The translations under genes and the position numbers were made by a program. A stretch of 64,000 bases of DNA from positions 4,480,001-4,544,000 of the forward strand of contig OZ240241.1 in NCBI GenBank assembly GCA_965198115.1, written 5' to 3'. Source of the stretch: Candidatus Latescibacterota bacterium (GTDB taxonomy: Bacteria; Latescibacterota; UBA2968). The notes below the pieces were generated by a model, which saw only the letters and a program-made list of their open reading frames with translations, did no database searches and had not been told where the DNA came from. Positions 60,136-64,000 of this stretch are shown in pieces. Each line of letters opens with the position of its first letter. Position 1 is the first letter of the stretch.

Positions 60136-61458
60136 ATGAATCGGACGACGAAGAAGAACCGTGTCGACGAAGCGGTCAGATCCGAAGCGCACACCGCGCG
60201 CAAGCTGTCACGCACCATTCACGGTTTCGCGGAGCGACCCTTCCGCGAAACGGAGTCGGCCAAAGTGCTGGCCGAATACCTCGACGACCGTGGGTTCAAA
60301 ATCGAGTTTCCCTTCAAGAACATTCCTACGGCGTTCCGGGCGACGTATGGAAGCGGGAAGCCGGCCATCGGCCTGCTCGGCGAGTACGACGCACTGCCCA
60401 ACTGTGGTGCCGCCGACGGCAGCTGGGGTCACGGCTGAGGACATAACCTCCTGGGCGTTGCCCCGGCCGCAGGTGCGGTCGCCGCTGCCAAGATCCTCCA
60501 GAAATCCGGTCGCAAGGGTCGAATCATCTACTACGGTTGTCCCGCCGAAGAAACACTCGCCGGCAAGGTCTACATGGCCCGGGACGGTGCCTTCCGCGAC
60601 CTCGACGCCGTGCTGGCCTGGCATCCCGGAACGGCCACGGGTGTGAGCAACTTCGGCGGGTCGTCCCTCGACTCGCTCGTCTTCGAATTCCACGGCCGGA
60701 CCGCCCACGGCGCCAGCGCACACAATGGTCGTAGCGCCCTCGACGGCGTCATGCTCACGGACATCGCCGCGAACTACCTTCGCGAGCACATACCCGAAAA
60801 TTGTCGCATTCACAGCGTCATCAGAGACGGTGGAGACGCTCCCAACGTGGTGCCCGCCTACGCGAAGGTCTGGTATTTCGTACGGGGCAAGGACCGCGCC
60901 CAGGTCGACGAGCTCCGCGGGCGTCTGATCGCGTGCGCACGGGCGGCCGCCATCGCCACCGATACCGAAATGAAGTGGCATCGCATCACCGCCGTCTACC
61001 CGCGCCTGCCGAACGATCCCATGTGTAACCTCGTGGCCGACAATGTCGGGCTCTTCGGTCCTCCCCGCGCGACCAAAGCAGACCGAACTGTGGTGACGAA
61101 ACTCGGCTACAAAGAGGGGTTCGACACCTCGGTCACGAAGGGATACGGCACGCAGGGGCGTGGATCGTCGGACGAGGACAACGTGTCGTGGCTCGCCCCG
61201 ATGGGTCGATTTACGGTCGTTTGCTACGCGAAGGGGACGCCCGGGCATCACAGGGACCTGGCAGCGCAGGCCATCCTGCCGTTCGCCGACCGGGCGATCA
61301 TTCAAGCCGCAAAGATCTTCGCGGGCTCCGCGCTCGACCTCGTCACCAAACCGGACCTCCTCCGGAAGGCAAGATCCGAGTTCCAGAGGAAAACCCGTGG
61401 TTTCACTTACGACCCGTTGATCCCCAAACGTCAAAAAGTGCCGGCCGATCCTCCGTAG
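60136..61458 (+). CDS. M20 amidohydrolase (AbgB-like) with in-frame TGA at 60436-60438: selenocysteine candidate or pseudogene
   Basis: 'GEYDALP', 'GHG*GHNLLG' (family GHGCGHN), 'GCPAEE', 'WHP', 'GRSALD', 'PNVVP', 'GSSD'; both ORF pieces are in frame. Confidence 0.85.
60465..60480 (+). promoter_or_regulatory. Candidate bacterial SECIS hairpin
   Basis: ggccgc-AGGT-gcggtc, loop 32 nt after the TGA. Confidence 0.35.
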
Positions 61459-61467
61459 GGGAAGACG

Positions 61468-62457
61468 ATGGAGCCCAAAAGACTGATCTGCCCCGATGTG
61501 CGAAAGATCGAGGTCGAATCATTCGATCTCGACCCGCTTCCTCCTGACGGAATCCTCGTGGAAAACCACTACACGGCCGTATCCGTCGGCACGGAGGTCT
61601 ACAACTGGCTCCACGGTGGCGAGCCGGGAGGAAATCGCCGCTTCCCACGGACGACCGGTTACTGCAACGTCGGCCGCGTACTCGAAGTGGGAGCCGACGC
61701 CGATGGTGTCAAGATCGGAGACATCGTCGCCGGGCAGAGCAACCACGCCAGCCACGCCGTACTCCGGGCCAACTTCAACCTCGTACCGAGCGATGTCGAT
61801 CCGAGGGAGGCCGCTTTTACCGTCATGTGCGCGATCGCGCTCCACGGCGTTCGGGTCGCGCGTGTTGGCCTCGGCGAGTCGGTCGTCGTCTACGGGTTGG
61901 GTCTTGTCGGACAGATCGCTGCCAAGCTGGCTCGTCTGTCGGGCGCGATGCCCGTCATCGGCATAGACCTCGACACGTTCAGGATCGAGAAGGCCATCCA
62001 CAATGGTTGTGACATCGCCCTCAATCCGAATCAGATCGAAGATCTGGAGGGCGAGATCCGGCGCCTTTCCACGGAGGACGGCGTCAACATCGTCCTCAAG
62101 TCGACCGGCAAGCCCGAAGTGTATCCGACCGCGGTCGAACTGGCCTGCCTCGGAGGTCGTGTCGTTGCCCTCGGCTCACCGCGCGGCACCGTGACGATGG
62201 ACTTCCTCAAAGACGTCCACTTGCGTGAAGTCTCGATCCTCGGCGCACACCAGCCCAAGACCCCGGACGACGACCACATCTACTATCGGTTCTACAAGAA
62301 GCGAGAGCGGGATTTGGTCCTCCAACTCATGGCCACCGACCGGCTCGACATCGAAAGCCTCATTACCCACACGCATCGACCCGAAGCCTGCCAGGACGTC
62401 TACACATCGCTGGCAGATCGACCGGAAAACACGCTCGGTGTCCTGTTCGAGTGGTGA
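61468..62457 (+). CDS. MDR-family (zinc-binding ADH-like) oxidoreductase
   Basis: 'VSVGTE', 'TGYCNVG', Rossmann 'VYGLGLVGQ'. Confidence 0.88.
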   Translation: MEPKRLICPDVRKIEVESFDLDPLPPDGILVENHYTAVSVGTEVYNWLHGGEPGGNRRFPRTTGYCNVGRVLEVGADADGVKIGDIVAGQSNHASHAVLRANFNLVPSDVDPREAAFTVMCAIALHGVRVARVGLGESVVVYGLGLVGQIAAKLARLSGAMPVIGIDLDTFRIEKAIHNGCDIALNPNQIEDLEGEIRRLSTEDGVNIVLKSTGKPEVYPTAVELACLGGRVVALGSPRGTVTMDFLKDVHLREVSILGAHQPKTPDDDHIYYRFYKKRERDLVLQLMATDRLDIESLITHTHRPEACQDVYTSLADRPENTLGVLFEW

Positions 62458-62470
62458 GCGGATCCTCCCC

Positions 62471-64000
62471 ATGCCACCGAAGGCACCTTCCCTGCCAACA
62501 TCACGCAAGGTCCCGACTGACGCCCTGACCATCGTCCTCGTCGCTTGCCTCATTCTCCTCACGCAACAATGGGTATCGGTTCCCAAACTATGGCCTTCTA
62601 TCCCCCAGACGCTTCGGTTCAACAGCGTCCCGGACTACGTAACCGCCCTTGCCTCCCTCCCATGGTCATCACTGGACCGGTCACTCACGTTGGCGTTGTT
62701 CGGTCTCTTTGTCGCCCTCCTGATCCGTCAACAGCAACAGAATAGTGCGACTCGCCTGATCGCCGCTGTCGTGTCGTCCGAAACCCGCACGCGCTGGGCG
62801 GTGATTCTGGGCGGCTTCATCGTCGCTCGCTACTACTTCGCGTTCGGTGACCTGACCTGGACCGCGGACGCAGCCTATCACACGCTCTACGCGTGGATCA
62901 CCGGCGAGGCAATGGCTACTGGTACCCTGCCGGTCTGGACGCCTCTCGTCGCCGCCGGAACACCCTTCTTGCAGTTTTATGGGTTCGTCTTCTTCTACCT
63001 CTCCGGTGTCGTCTACTTTCCCCTCCGCGACATCGACACCACCCTCAAGCTCGTATTGGGCGGGGCGCACATCGCCTCCGGCATCACGCTCTACCTGCTG
63101 TGCCGGGAGTGGACACAGAGCCGCAGAGCCGGCATCCTGGCCGCGGCCGTCTACGTGCTGACCTTCTGGCACACACAACAGATCATCGTCATGGGGCGTT
63201 ACCCCGTCAGTCTGGTCTACGCCCTGCTGCCGTTGCCCTTCTGGGCACTCTCGCTCGCGGCTAGACGTCGTTCCTGGCTCAAGCACGCGTTCTGCAGCGG
63301 GACGTGTCTGGCGCTCATCGTCCTGACACACCCGGGGTATGGCATCTGGACCGGATTTTTCCTGGTCTTGTTCGCGAGCACGCTCTTGATCCTGCACGTC
63401 GCCCGAAGATCGAGAGTGGCTAAAGCGAGCACGGTCGCCGTGATCGTCTCGCTCGTCCTGTCGTCGGTTCTGACGGTGCCGCTTCTGCTCGAGGGCGATG
63501 AGACGTATCTGCAATCGGGCTTCTCTCTGTCCGCACTCCCCGACCCCACACTCTCCCAGATTCTTCTCTGGTCCAACTACAACGCAAGCCTCTCAGGCGG
63601 TGATGACGCGACACACAACTGGTACGGAGGATACGTCGGCCTGTCTGCCGTCCTTCTATCCCTCGCTGGACTCGGGACCATCATCCGTGGTCGCGCAGGC
63701 CGGTATCCGGCAGTGGCAACCTGGTTCACGACGGGGGAGCGGGACTCTCGCTGATTCTGATGTTCGGGTATCGCTGGCCGATCGTGGAAAGCCTTCCGTT
63801 CGTTCAGCTGCAGAACGCTGGGAGATACGAGCTCTTCCTCGTCTTTTTCCTCGCGCTGTTGGCTGGGCTGGCCGTAAAACCGCTCGCGCGGTTAGCCAGT
63901 TGCCGCCCCACGACCGCCCTTGCTCTGGGCCTCCTGATCGTCACGGTCGACCTCCTCCCGACCACGTTCCGCCAACCGTATCATTTCACGACTCCACAGA
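62471..64000 (+). pseudogene. Multi-TM membrane protein (YfhO / GT-C-like), frameshifted ~63735, runs off the window
   Basis: 'DAAYH...PVWTP..AAGTPFLQFYG'; many TM helices; continues GLSLILMFGYRWP...RYELFLVFFLALLAG in another frame. Confidence 0.7.

Overview
GC-rich bacterial chromosomal window. T9SS-type C-terminal domains, a PorV-family gene, GWxTD proteins and many dockerin/cohesin-like secreted proteins point to an FCB-group organism, possibly Latescibacterota-like (inference). In order it contains: a secreted/surface protein block (CTD cargo, PorV family, two TPR-GWxTD paralogs, two NHL propellers with dockerin-like tails); an amidase broken by an IS256 that carries an IS1182 inside its own terminal repeat; housekeeping genes (ABC transporter, MBL hydrolase, epmA, SDR, modBC, smc); a decaying flagellar regulon with frameshifts, a nonsense codon and a fliK-like/flhF deletion junction; a cohesin/dockerin/FG-GAP/LRR surface block; and a catabolic-looking operon. 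Best leads: (1) a promoter + two AAGGA-loop hairpins + terminator unit (50687-50803, minus) resembling a CsrA-type sRNA or attenuator; (2) an M20 amidohydrolase with in-frame TGA at the conserved Cys of H-x-C-G-H plus a SECIS-like hairpin; (3) a CAZyme-free cohesin-dockerin network; (4) a shared lipoprotein N-terminal module; (5) a 128-bp chimeric insertion carrying an inverted ABC-ATPase fragment. About a dozen genes are interrupted, so some lesions may be assembly errors. All family calls come from motif recognition by eye; no searches were run. No rRNA, tRNA or CRISPR array was seen.
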